Source: Auanema rhodensis (taxonomy: Eukaryota > Animalia > Nematoda). From it: 64,000 nucleotides of DNA. The stretch lies in NCBI GenBank assembly GCA_964057225.1, contig OZ059894.1, positions 17,732,001 to 17,796,000 on the forward strand. The letters run 5' to 3'. Below, one piece after another: positions 48,235 to 62,700 of the stretch. Each line of letters begins with the position of its first letter. Position 1 is the stretch's first letter. The position numbers and the translations under genes were made by a program. The notes below the pieces were generated by a model. That model did not search any database, was not told the DNA's origin, and worked only from the letters and a program-made list of their open reading frames with translations.

Positions 48235-51200
48235 TTAAATTAATCGGCAAACTTGTTGCAAATGAAGACAACTGGGCAATGATAACGTCTCCAATGGGAA
48301 TTCAGAATACACAAAAGGCCGGGTATCGAACGGAGTAATATAAGTAGTTCCAGGAAGAATAAAAGTTTTCTGAAACAAAATAAATGTAAAAAGTTTTTTT
48401 TTCGAACTAACTTGTTCATCTTCGCTAACTCCAGCTGCATCTTCTCGTTCTTTCAACTTTTTAGCCAATATGACTAAGAACTCCGGGTCAACAGGACTCT
48501 CCTCGAAATCTTGTCCAGGAGAATAATGTGTTAAAATAGCGACAACCTTAAAGAAATTCTATCGTATGAATGGTTCAAAAAAACAGGACAACCTGTCGGG
48601 GTTTCAACTTGCTTGTCATCTCTCCACACAGGGTATCCAAGTTAGATTCATCTTTTCTACTCTATAAAGGAAAACTTGATCAATATCTTAAAGCATGCAA
48701 AACCTGAAGCAAGTGACAAGCTTGAACTAAGGGATCAAAAGATTCCCGATGATGAGCCAACCCCTTGGAATTGAGCCAAGATTGCACTTCAGTGACGTTA
48801 TGTCTGAACAAAAAAGTATTTTAAACTATTGTAAGCATAAATACTTACTTGATTTGTATAGCTTTCTCGAAATTGCATAAATCTTTGCGGTACATCAATT
48901 GATTAAGAGCTAACGCTGATATCCATTGAGACATCTGAGCAAAAACTTGGGATAACAGGATTTGATCGGCTCCATAAACAGAAAGTTTGGCGTGAATGAA
49001 ATTCAACTATAAATAGATTTCTTCAGTATAAAGCATCATGCAAGAACAGTTTATAAAGACTACTAAAATCCTTACGAAATCAATTAAATCATCCAGCCCC
49101 TTCTTTGGTGTGTCTTTGCTGGCTTGGCGACTAAGTTGTTGTTTTACACCAGCAGACATGAGATCTGACGTACTCTCGTGTTGAAGAATTCCGGGCCCTA
49201 ACGAACAAAGGAATGATTAAAATTTGAAAAAACGCAAAAAAATTACCGATTTTGGGGATGAGAACCGGTTCAATAGCCTTCTTCATCAAGTTTTGATAAC
49301 AATCTTCAACACGAGCTTTAAGCTGTTCACGTATAGGTGACACGTCGAACGATTTAAGTCTTTGAGCATTTTGCTTGGAATTATTTGCGGCACACCACTC
49401 CTTAAACAGCAAAATTAAAAGAATAAATGGCTTGCCAATTTACCTTTTCAGCCCCATCCCCGCTAAATTGACGGAGAAGATTGAGTAGCCTCCACGTATT
49501 CACAAACCATACCGACAACACATCCATATCGCTCGAACGCTAAATATTCATGAGTATGAACAAGTATTTTGTGCATTAAAAAGAGAAATAGACTATATAT
49601 TATTGATGAAATCAATAAAACTTACCGCGATTGTATCTTTGAGTAAAATATGGACCGTAGAAAAGAGACCGGTGAGTGCCGTTTCGTCGTTGGCGTGGTC
49701 ATAATAACGGAAAGCTGTCAGTAATAAGTATGATGGGAAGCACTTTGTTAATAATCGAGCTAATCTAGGTTTTAGATCTGAAAAAAAATCCAAAACTTCA
49801 GTAAGAACAACAAAATATAACGCACCAGAGAAGAGAATTCTTGAGAATTCAGGAACGTTGAATACTTCTAATAATGCTGAATGTTCAACGCCCTCCTTGC
49901 TTAACGTTTCCAAACGTATTATCTCAGAATCAGAAGTATGATCTAAAAATAATAAGAGATGAGGAACACAATGTCACTAGCCACACAGATAAATAGTTTG
50001 GGCAAATAGAATAGATGCGATTGGAAAGGAGAACGGAATGAGAGAACACTACATGCAACTACTAGACGGAGAGCAGAAATTTTACGATTTCGGGTTAGTT
50101 TATTTCTCTAACAAGTTCTAGTTGATGTTAACATGATAAAACATTGCAATTAGTAGTACATGCATTTTTTGTAAAGAAAAACAGCGGAATGTTCATAGCT
50201 GTACAAGACAAAGCATTTTGTTCAAGTATAGAATGAGAAAATATTTTTATCGAGAGGTAGGATGCATTCATAGTAGATGTGACTTCGAAAATTTCTCTGT
50301 CTGGCCAAGTTTCATCCAAATTCAATAGTTCGAAATAGTTTGGGTGATGTTGAGGGAAAGAAGAACATGCTTGTTCGAACAGAATCTAGTACGTGCAGAA
50401 ACACGGGGACTATACAACAGATTAAAGGTGGACACAATTAAAGTGACTGAACTTGGAGGAGAGAAAGAGAAACGAAAGTCGTAGGAAACGTAATTCTCCC
50501 GCAGAAAGGCGTAAAAAGAATCAAGCGAAATTGCCGATAAATGCAGGGATTCAATTGGTCTGAGTTCATTAAAAAAGAGGAATAATATAAAATCGTTTAG
50601 GTATTACGTTTAACAAAATTGGAGCTAGCATTAACAAAATTTAACTGCAACGAACAGTTGAGCAAAAACAAGGAAGCTCCATTGAAACATATTTTAATTC
50701 TGTCAACTGAGAGATGGAAAAGCATCGAAACAACATATACAACAATAACGAGCAACACAAGTAGCAACCTTTGAGTTTGTAAATAGAAACAAGGACAGCA
50801 GTAGTTACAGAGAAAGAACGTGGGTATTAAAAATCTTTTTTCAGTATAAGGTATTGGATAACATTTTTATATACATTTCTGATTAGCTCACATCAATTCG
50901 CCTGAGCAATTTGACAGAGCGATTTTTTAAAAAAATAACCAACAAAACGTTTTAGAAAGGTCATGGTTTTCTTTTTTTCTCAATGATTTTAATTTGATAC
51001 AAAAAAACGGATAACCATTGTAAAAGTGTGTATCAAAAAAAAATATTAAAAATATCTATATATCAATATAAAATTTTCTCTCCGAAACTCTCTGTTTTAA
51101 CAGAGGTAGTCTCAACGTGACTGAGTTCAACTCAGACTATTTCTTAAAATTTAAATTAAAAAACTAAAATAGAGCCACATTTGAAATAAAGTAGCTTAAC

Positions 51201-54200
51201 AACACAGCAGGGAAGATACATGTGAATAAAATACTAAAAGCACATGCAATTGAAATTACAGCTGGTAAAGTGAAGGTAAGAACGGGATGAAAATGAAACA
51301 GCACGAATTAAGAACCAACCGAGAGAGAATCCCAATCCGCCAGTGTAGCCACGAAGTTGAGCTCTAGCTTCAGCTAATTCTTCAGAGTTTCGAACTAATT
51401 TATCACTTAGAGCCTGAAATAGAGCATAAGATACAGTGTGAACATCACAACAAACCAAATTTTCAGAAGCTAAATGATTCAAATGTCCATGTATTCCTTT
51501 TATATTTTCATCCATCGAACATTCGGAAGGTCTCTGTAATGCTCAATTGTCATGAATCTGATATAAAATTTACGAAACAATTCAAAATTCATTTTTTTTG
51601 TGCAGGCTACCTTACTAGTATGAGTGCTACTATGAGCTGCTTCACCCTCCATGTCATCTTCAAATGTCATACAATAATAATTTGACGCAGAGCGATTCAT
51701 TGTTTGTAGGGAACACATACAGCGATTAATTACTAATATAATTCCGAGTCTAACTGAATATTGATACGTAAAAATGGCTTGAAAGACCAATGACGATGAA
51801 AAAAGAAGCAGGTAGAACAAGGGATAACCAACTAGGGGAGGCCTTCATTCACAATCGATGTTTTGGCTATTCGTCACGACATGACAAACGATAGCCGACG
51901 ACATAGGCGACAGCCAATTCAACATCGACTATGTCCGAAGGAGGCAGTTTTTGGAAATACTGAGAGTTCTTGAATTTCAATCGATGGGTACAATGACAAG
52001 TTGGTACTGACAGCTCTTATGAAAAGAAAATAGAGAAAAGGAGAATAAGAAAAGTTGTCTATTCAAATTCAATAATAATACCATCAAAGGTAGGTAGAGA
52101 ATATTTAAACTAAAAATCAAAAATACCTAATATTCGATAGTGAAATATAAAAGTAAGCAAAATTAACAGGCAAGTCGGGTGGCGCAACAAATGGGGTCAT
52201 AATATCCGGACAAAACCGGTATAATAGACCGGATTACAACAACATTAAAGGCTGAGAAGAGTCTCCACTTTGAATTATAAAGTACTTCGCGCGTATGCGA
52301 AAAATAATTTAAGCTAAAGATACATGTGTGCAAATGCGAATGTGGCATGGATGCTTTCGTATTATTGGTAAGCATTCCCTGTTGAACGTTGCTATGACAA
52401 CAGTAACGAGAATTCAAAGTGACCACAGCTTGAGATGGGTCACTGGATATATATATATATACATATATACATATAGATTGGCAAATTATGATAATTTTAA
52501 AGAAAGATGGGAAATAATGAATAATTCAGAACTTTATAATTGTAGATAATATAGAACAGAGAGGAAGAGATAAAAGAAAAAAGAGACAGAGTAGCTGTGA
52601 ACGCGCTGGTTCATCCAAGGACGTAAATAACAACCATAGATATTGGATGAATATATAGCAGATCATAAAAATGATCAGTAATCGAAGCGGGCAAGATCCA
52701 TTTCTTTGAGTCGATGTTATTGCAGGCTTATCAGAAAACGTACATTTCCAAATAGAGATGCTACTAATGCTGAAGACGTTAAATAAGCCGCACCACTAAC
52801 AGTAGCTAATACAAATATGAAGATATGGAGGCGGAGGGAATATTGAACCACCTGCCACACATATCCGCAATTCGAGTGATATACAGAGCAAAATAGAGAG
52901 GTGAGAGAATGATATGAATGGGAGCATCATCTAATTTGGCAATATTCAGAACAAGTCTACTGACATGAGCGCCAACTGTAGTTGGTAAAGTCACCAGGGA
53001 CATACACCAGTCACCAGAAATATGAAGTCAAGTAGAATAGGTCTATGGAGGCCTCTCATTCATGCATAAATCCACGAAGTTAATGCGTAAAAAGAAACAA
53101 TTGTTCGCAGTCAGAATAACTGCTCTTGGCTTCATTTTATTCAATATCAGCGCAGGCGTTATAGTGTAACTGCAACTACGCCAAGTAATTGGTGAGGTTA
53201 ATTACGTTTGCTTCAAACAAACATGATAGAGCAATGATAATCAAAATTGTCAACAATAATTGACATAAAACAAATATGTTTCTGATAAAAATCGCGGAAC
53301 AGACAGTTCAAAGCCGATTGATTTCAATGGATACATGCCAATCGACGGCGAAAAAACTGGAAGACGAACGACTGCAGCCAGTTCACGCTTGCTAGTTTCA
53401 TATCCCATTTTGAAACTTATGAGTCATAAATAAATCATGTTACTTCGCTAAAGGCAATAAAAAATGCATATATAACCTTATTTTACCAAATTAAATTACT
53501 TTAAAATAAGTTCAAAAGAAAGAAAACTTACGAATGGAAGAACAGCCTCGTTGAGTCGCTTTTCAAGCTTTTCTATTTCTTTATTTCTTTCAGTCACAAC
53601 ACGACTTAGGTTCCTACGAAAGAAGATAGTATGAAGGCATAAAAGAGATTACTTACTCAACAAGCGACTTCAGTTGACGACATTGACGTTCGGTGCACAA
53701 TTCTTCATCCAAATCAGTGCTACCATCCTTTAAAATAATCATTAAAATAATTAAAAGAAATTCATAAAAAAACCTCAGAGTGATTTTCACTCCAATGACC
53801 TGAGTCTGGCCGTGGTGATCCTGAATTTCCAGATTGTCGTTCAAACCTACTAGTAAGCATAGCTCGTAGTTCGACAGATTCTTCGCGACACCTATATTAG
53901 TAGATAAGTTATAATTCAGAAAGGGAGTAGGTTACCGTTCATTGTCTTCTATTAGCCTATCAAATAATAATTGGATGTTCATATGCTCTAAGCCAGCAGT
54001 TGTTTTCTCAGCGATTAGACGTTCGAATTCAACTTTCAATCGTCCATAAGCAGTTTCAATTTCCTGAACCATTAATGAAAACTTGAACTACTTTACTTTT
54101 TCTACCTGAAGGCGATGAGATTCAAAAGCTCTAAGAGAAGTTCTTTTGTCTAAGGAATCAACCATTTGAGCTGCTTCCATTAAACATTTCAGACGCTCAT

Positions 54201-57200
54201 TTTCTCTCTGATATTGCTCAAATCTGAAATTATACTACATATAAGACTAACAACAATTTCGGACATACTTCATGGTTAATTCACTAATCATCTGTTTTTG
54301 TCGAATAATGAGAGCCATCTCGTCAATGTCTCCAGAGCCACTGTTGAGAGCAAATGATAATCCAGTGTTATTCAATAGCATATTCTTGCTATCACCTTTT
54401 GAGGATTCTAAAAAAATTTATGCACCAATACTAATTAAGAGATAACATACCGGATTCTCTCACACTGCCGACACGACTAAATGCGGGTGAAGCCAGCAAA
54501 TTAGCGTTCTGTAGAAGCTGTTCTCGCATTTGAGCAACTTCGCTTTCTGCTTGAATTCTGCTGCTAGACTCTAAGAAGACAAATGTGCAAAGTTATGCTT
54601 GAGAATGTTTACAAAAAACATTCTGATACCAACCAGAGTTTAACTGCTGTTGCATTCTTTTATTTTCTTCCTCTAGTTGCTTAATTCGAGACATCGAAGA
54701 AGTAATTTCATCAGTCATTGTCTGTATCTGCTTCGAACTTTCACCTTGAAGCTATAAAAAAAAGGAATCACTGAATTACTAAACAAGATATACCAATTCA
54801 ATGCGACTTTGCAACTCATGCATCTTTGTTTCCAGCTCGCCCTTTTGAGCTTCTTTAACATCGCATTCAGTTTCTAAACGTTCAACTTCCAGTTCCAGTT
54901 CTTCCCTACGGTTTTTGTCGGCCAGAAGAGCAGGTCTATAACAAAACTGATTTTACATATTTAAAAGTAAAATCACACCTTTCACATTCTAGAGTAGACA
55001 TCTGATTTTTTATTGAAGCCAAAGAATCAGCAACTATGATCAATTTCTTCTTCTCAGTATTCTGAAATATTATGAATATTAAAAACGAACAGAAAATTAA
55101 AATTTAAAAACTGTTTTTTTGATTATAGATTATGGTTAGTTATATAAATACTTAATTAGATAGATGAATGACATTTGTATTACAAGCAATTTAAATTCGT
55201 TATTCTCTCAAAAATCAAATAACTAATTGCATTTCTCCTCATAAAATAGAATAATGAAATAAAAAAAATATATGTATCATTCAGAAAATGTTAAATCGGC
55301 TTTCAATTGTGCAGTCTTGTAATCCCGCGGGGTAGACATGACCCCATCAAGCAACGCCTAGATGTCAAGTCAAATGGTCAGTTAACGGCAGAAAATATAG
55401 AAATTCCATAACTTTAGAAAAAAATTTTTTTTTCAATACAGAGGAAAGAAAACTATATTGATAGCAAGAAACTAAGGGACTAGAAACAATCCATGTTAGT
55501 TTTCATTAGAGAATAGGAAGTAGTAGAACACTATGATGGAGAAATAAATTCATCCTTTTAAGCATTAATCAGAAAAACAGATAAGAGGATAAAGGAAAGA
55601 AACTCACCGCAGAATCCAGTTTGATTTGTAACTCAATAATCTTGTTTTCTAAACCAGTATTCAATTTTTGAAGATGATCAACAGAGCGTGCTTCGATCTA
55701 TAATAAAGGAAAATATATTCTCGAACTTAAAAGTAAATAACCTTCAGTTCACGTAGTCGTCGTTTAGCTAACCATCTACGAACACAAGATTGGACAAGAA
55801 CAATCTTCTTAGCGCGCTTAATTTGCTCTCGCCGAACCATGTAACCACGCCAGAACTTTTGGATAGTCACTGCAGACAACTCATATCGCATCTAAATGAA
55901 AGAAGATATTAATCTTAACATGATTAAGAGAGAAACCTTTTCGAATTCTCTTCGCACCACAGATCCACGGTAATGAGCTTGGATAGCTATCGCTGATTTC
56001 TTAATCTGCTGGAATTTCTTCACAGCCAAATGCCTCCTTGAAATATATAGATACATAGAAAATCACCGTATTGTTTACAAACCTAACAGCAGTCTGGATG
56101 GTAACAGCAGCTCTAAACATTTGAAGAAACTTCAAACGTCTATAAACCAAATAAGCTCTTGTAGCAGCCTGAAGAAAAAAGAATGATCATAACTTTGAAT
56201 GCAACTCAAAATAGAATCCACTGGAACGGACAACGATAATATGGAACCCCAAGGGGGGTGTCCTCTTCGTCAGCCTCTTTTTATTCCCTTTTTGCATGAA
56301 AAGTTGAACTAATTGGAATCACCAAGAGTTATAAAGCTCTTCAGTAAGTTTCCATAACACGTTCCCACGTTCACAATATTCAACAAAACAAGTAAATGTT
56401 ACCTGTATAAGCCTAACGTTCTGCTTATACTCTTCATAATATTTCCGTGCTATGTAACCTCTCCAACGAGCTTGTATTACTGTTGCAGATATACTGAGAG
56501 TTTCGATGCGTATTCGTTCTAACAACGCAACCTTCAATATTTTATATATCATGAATCTATACAATTTTTGTTCGAATACCTGGCCAGTACGGAAGAAAAT
56601 CTTCGTTTTTCCCAAAGCGAATTTGTCAGACTTAAACCAATTTTTTAAAGAGAAATTTTCAATAAATTAGTACCTCCAAACACTTTTCACAAGCTTTTTC
56701 AGCAAAAATTCTCGGTTTATCTCTCCACAATGCTTTCCCTTCAGGGAAAAGCACCCGATACCGTCTGCCGAATTCTTCATAAGGCCACCTAAGAAGAGTA
56801 AGATGTTTGTTGTCTATATCGTTCTTAAGTATACCTCGATGGGAAACCAGCTGCAGAAATTCTCACCGTTTCCAAAACTCCGCATGCTCTTAACTGTTGA
56901 ATAGCTCGTTTAGGTTCAAAATAATATCTAGAGAGGTAAGAATAGAACAAATAAGAGAGTATAAAACATACTTTTCTTTCACATCATTCGGTTTGATACA
57001 GCGGACATAGTGTGGGCGAGTAGTACACAGTACTTCCATCAATTCTTTCAATGAATCACGGAACTAAAAGAAATAACTAAGTTATAGATTGCATTTGTAT
57101 ATAAACTTACTTGACTGGCCACAGTTTTTTTAACCAAACGTTTACCTCCGGCTGAATTATCGATAACACAGTGAGGGCCAAGTATTTCAAGAAGAAATTG

Positions 57201-59774
57201 GAACTGGAATAACTCGTGTCTTCAAATTACAATTTTTATTCTCACCTTAGAATTCCCAATAACTTCCAAAAGTTGCTCGCTTACAGTATCTCTATTTTTT
57301 TCTAAAAATCCAGCAGTGCGGTAAGAAACCTACAAAAAATATTTTTAAAATAGCCCAACAGAGAAAAGGCATACATCTGCAGCAAAATGTTTGACTATGA
57401 AATCTTTGCTCTTAATTCTGGGTAAAGCAAGTTGAGGATTCTTTTTGAGAGTAGGACAGTTTGTCATTTGATTCAGCCAACCATCGTCAGATCCTCGAAC
57501 AACCTGTAAAATAATGTTTTAAAATTTGGGGTTATTAGATACAATGTGTATTACCTTGCATTGTTCATCTAAATAATCAATGAGACCTGGCCGTCCTTCG
57601 ATCAAATCGATGGCAGGCTGATTGTCGTAGAACTCAATTCGAACCCATGCTATTTCTTCCCTTTCGTATTCTTCTTGCTCCAGTTTGAATACATGCTGGA
57701 ATAAATATATAAGAACTGTATTGAAAAAGAAATTTGCCTGATTGAATTGTTGTTGCAGTTTTTCATTAGCATAGTTGATGCAAAACTGTTCAAAGCTGTT
57801 AACTTCAAACGTTTCAAAACTGAAAAAAAAGAATAACTTAAAAATATGGCAATAAAGACTTACCCATATATATCAAGAACACCCACAAACTTTTCATTTC
57901 TTCTAACCTTTTTTTCTTTAGGCATGAGTGCGTCGTTCATTTTATCTACTAGCCATCCGAATACACAAGCATAAATCAATTTAGATAAAGCATCTCGAGA
58001 TCTTATGGCCTTCAAATTAAGAATTATAACAGTGCATATATCATTATTAATATTACATCAGATTTACTTAATCCTTTTCTTACAACCTCTCCGGCAGCTC
58101 TAATTTCTCTGACTGTAAGCCAGAGCTGGAGTTCGCTTACTGGGATTCCATAGAGCTCGGAACAAAGACGATGAAGTTCTTGATGATTTTCTGCCTAGAA
58201 TAATTGCTTTAGGAACATACGGATATCGAAAAATAACCGATATAGAACAATTATCGTCCACATCAGTAAATTGAATGTTTCCCAATAACAATATTCCAGC
58301 TAAAACTCTCATGATATCTTGTTGCACATGTTCATTAAAGCCCAATTTGGAGAATGCCTAACAACAAATTACTAAAAGAAATCCTATATCTATTTATAAC
58401 CTTAATAGTTTCATCAAAATCTTTCTTATCATCAACCCCAGGTATCCGACTATCTCCACCTTGTGCTGTATACCAGTATGATTCACAAGGACCTAAGAAT
58501 GAATCATGCTTAAGTAAACTATAAATCAGAATAATACACACCTAACTGAAGATTTTTTATTATAGAATGATCCCGTGATCGGCACATTTGATAAAAAATA
58601 TGATAATTACGTTCATTCCTAGTCTAAAAGTCATAATATAAGCAAATTATTAACAATATAAATGTTACCTGAAACACAAGTCTACTTTTTTCAAGCAAAT
58701 ATGTTTTCATTTCAGCACCAGATATGGCAAATCGATCTCCGAAATTAATTTGAATATATTTTCCAAAACGCGAAGAATTATCATTTCTTAAAAACAAAAT
58801 ATATTCGAAATATTGCACAGAAATTTACCTTATAGTTTTAGCATTTCCAATAGCTTCCATAATAGGATTGGTAGCTAGAACACGCTCTTCAATTCCCATG
58901 GAGCCTTTTCTAGAGCTCGCAATAGAAGCGAAATATCTATAATTCCTCGTAAGAGTTACCGTTATAAATTACATTGAAACCTCATCACAAATTTCGCAGA
59001 AACTGTTTTACCAGCACCAGATTCACCACTTACTATGATTGATTGGCATTTACCAAATTCAGATAAATCAAAGAAAGCCTAATAAATGAATAAAAATAAA
59101 AAAAGTCCTATAACAATACTAACTTCTTCAGCTACAGCATATATATGAGGATCTAGATCACGAACTTGCTTTCCAACTCCTCGATATACCTTGAAAAAGG
59201 AAAATATGTATAGTCACAATTTCTTTAACAAACCTGAATGACATCGTCACCATACAGATGTGAGCAATCTGCATATGGATTGATAGCTACAAGTACTATC
59301 CCACAGTATGTATATATATTTTCTCGATCAACAAATCGAAAATGCAAGTTATGCAGAACTATAACAAGATAATAGAAAACATAAGAATATTATATGTACC
59401 GGCAGGTTCATGAAGGTATGATAAAGCAGTAAGATCATCTTTCCCTAACAAAATAGATGGATTTCTTAAGAAAGGCAATTGATCTAGAGAAGTTATAGGA
59501 TATTCAACGTGCTAAAAATAAAAATAAGAAAATCACCAGCACCAGAAATATAAATTTACCTGATCATTTTCTAGCCGGATCTTCACTGACTTTGACTGGA
59601 ATGTTATGTCTTCCTCCAATTCTCCGCCAATCCATACCAGCTCTGGATGTCGATGCCAGACTCGTGCATTTTTCTAAGAATATGATTGAATAATAGAGAG
59701 CTTTATGAAAGACGAACCTTATAATTTTCAAGAGGAAAGATATGTCCTCTTCCTAGCGTACCGTTATTATCCAT
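48235..59774 (-). CDS. hum-2: Unconventional myosin V (motor, IQ neck, coiled coil, dilute/globular tail), roughly 40 exons
   Basis: [80 protein letters not shown]; IQ repeats; dilute domain [33 protein letters not shown]. Confidence 0.97.
57696..57737 (-). other. hum-2: Non-canonical GC-AG intron (42 nt) in hum-2
   Basis: The conserved QQQFNQ|HVFKLEQ junction needs donor CAG|GCAAAT and acceptor TTCCAG. Confidence 0.8.
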
Positions 59775-62700
59775 AAAATGTTTCACCTAACACATCAACT
59801 AAAAATAAAAGTAAAATAATAAATATATAAACGATGAATAATATTTTTACGATACCACGTCACAGTTCAGTATGAAACACATATACTATATTTGATTAGG
59901 CCATGATAAGAATTTGAAATTTTGTAATCATGATCAGTAAATAAAAAGCAACTATAAGATAACAACAAAATTTTCGAATAAATTAACTACGGGTTGTACA
60001 AACAAGGAGACTTTGGTGTAACATCAACGACAACGAATACGAACAGGATAGCTAATCAATCAAAGCATCTCAAATTCTATTTAAAAGGTATAATCAGTTA
60101 TGCACACAAGTACACTTGTAATGAGGAAGGATATTTAATGATGACAAGTCATTTGAAAGAGAATATACGCGTGCTATATTTTTTTCATGGTATATTGTGG
60201 AATATATAATTAATATTCAAAATTTGTTGTGAGAAGGGGGCGAGGACTAGTAAAACGCAATAAAACGAAAAGAATCGACTTCTATGCTAGGAATAAATCA
60301 GAAGGAGACCATTCGCGCAGCTGAAGATGTCACGAAAAAAAGATATAAAACAGTGACCATAAATAAGAAAGTGCATTTTCATCTCGCGTATATGGTACGC
60401 ATGAAATTTCATACGATATCACTGAACTTTAACAGGCGATAGACAACGATGAGATAGATAATAAACAGAACAAATGTTCAATTGAACAGACAAAACGGAA
60501 TGGAACTGTCGGTCCGTGACCCGAAACCCATGAGTGGAGAGGATTACACGAAACACAAAGCACTAAAACGACCAAGTCCGAATGTCGTTTTCAAAACACA
60601 GAAACCTATTGACGAGGCATACTCCAGTTATTTTGAAAAAAAAAGTGATCCATTACTTACGGATATTCAGATGAGAGAAGCAAAAAAAATTGAAATTTAG
60701 GTGCTTAGGAACAACAGGCAAAGAACTAATGCTGTGATACAAAACGTAAATAGAGAGAGCGCACTTCAGAGCTAAAAATAGGATAATTTCGCTGAAAGAA
60801 CGAAAAAATGAGGCTAACACTTTAATCGTTTAGTGCAGGTATGAATAAGAAAAAAAATATAATGAACAGTCCAACCGGTTGCAATAGGGAGCAAAGTAAA
60901 AATAAGTACGTGAAATATGGATCATTAGCATATCGAGAGCATAACAAAAAAAAAATAAAAGCATAAATGGCCTTCTGAATATACAAAGAAGATTTTTGAG
61001 TTCACAATGACAAAAAAGGTATACGCGAAGAACAAGAGACACTTGTAGGAATCGTGCTACATAGCTAAAGAGTTATGAGAGATCTAGAACTAAGAGAATA
61101 CTAAGAGAGCTACTGTCATGGTCTCCAGTAAACGACATGCAAATTATCGCGTTACATTCAGATGACTTTACCATACCAGTTTATAGGTTTCGCAGATTGT
61201 ATATCAAATCGAATTAGAGAAAAGGGAGAAAATGCAAGGACACTCAAACACTCAATGTAAATGATCTCATATACAAAATTCCTGCCTGATTTATTAATTT
61301 TAGAGTGTTTTGAAATGGTATGTTTGAAATAGGAGTCCTGGATAGAAAGACAGAAAGCAAGATTGCAAAGAAATCAGAAAACGCAAGAGAAAGAGAAGAA
61401 CGAAAGCTTCATCAGCTTAGTACAATAGGACCTATGTTGTCTAGCTCAAACAGTCGGTCAGCAGCTGGACGACGGCGAAGAAAACGAATTGTCGACTGCT
61501 CATTCGTCAATTCTCGTAGAGGAGATTAAGAAGCAAAAGTGAAGTGGTCACAAAAACATATGACAATGACTTTCACGAAGATCGGCTGTTCCTGCTTCAA
61601 ATAGTTGACAATGTACGTGCTAGTTTGCTCAAATGATATTACCTTACATATAAATTGAAAATACATAATATAAAAATGGAAGTAGCATAGTATAGTATTG
61701 AAAAACTTTGCCAGACAGGTTGTTCATTGTAGAGTTTTGTTAGCAAGTGACAGAAAGATGACTACCAAGCCATCTAGGTAAACGAGAAGGATGAGAGGAG
61801 ACATGTTTACACAACAATCAATTCATCTAGGGCAATGGTCAGAAAGCTGTCGGGCTGCTAGCTAGCATACCAAAAAGAGAAAGTTAGAGAAGAAACCAGG
61901 AGACGATGATGCAAAGACGATGAATGGCTATATATTATGAAAGCAAGCAAAAAGAATATAGTAGTAGTGTGAGGAACGCTAAAAAGAGGGACGATCATTC
62001 AACTATAGATGAAGTGAGGAAGAGTAGTAGATTCATTTTATATGTCCTTTTACTGCAACATAAATAGAAAAACCAACAAAACGAATGAGAGTGAAACACT
62101 TTGAATGTGAGAAGTTTTATGCTCGACAAAAATTTTAAAATCTTCAAAATGTATAAAGAAACTTATACTTAGTTATAAGAACAAACATCTGACTAATAGA
62201 AAATCTTTAGCATACTGAGGTTTATTGATTGATTGACAAAGACTATTTATGGTGTAAAATAAATATCTCTTCCAAGGGTTCGAGAACAGTTCAAAAAAGG
62301 CGCCAGTTGGTTAAATTATTTAAGATATATCTATTCTCAATTCAACAAAATGAAAAATAAAAACAAGGCTTTCACTAAAAGAAAAACTAGTGGTAAGGAA
62401 AAAAAAGGTGAATCAACAGTTTGGATATTAAATATTTTGAGAGGCTAATACTATTTTTCATGTATGGAAATTGGCTTTATTTTTTGGCAGCGAACGGGTT
62501 AAAGAGAAAACTCAATCATGCTAGTATTACTATGTTAATATTATGAAAAAAATAGTTGATGTTATACTCTATGTAACATCAAACCTTCCAACAAAATAAA
62601 TGAAAAATGATATTAAAAGCTATCTTGGTTTTTATATGAAGACGAACGTTCCTCTTTACCTGAAATAGTCAATAAGGTTGTGCAGATGGACATACATCAA

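Noticed and set aside
12360-51300. Scattered CTGTTTCA (piRNA Ruby motif) matches, about six seen on both strands
   Set aside because: Dispersed, mostly in introns, and not far above chance for this base composition; no cluster.
60482-61529. Short plus-strand ORFs upstream of hum-2
   Set aside because: No splice-consistent model or recognisable motif; probably hum-2 upstream regulatory or outron sequence.
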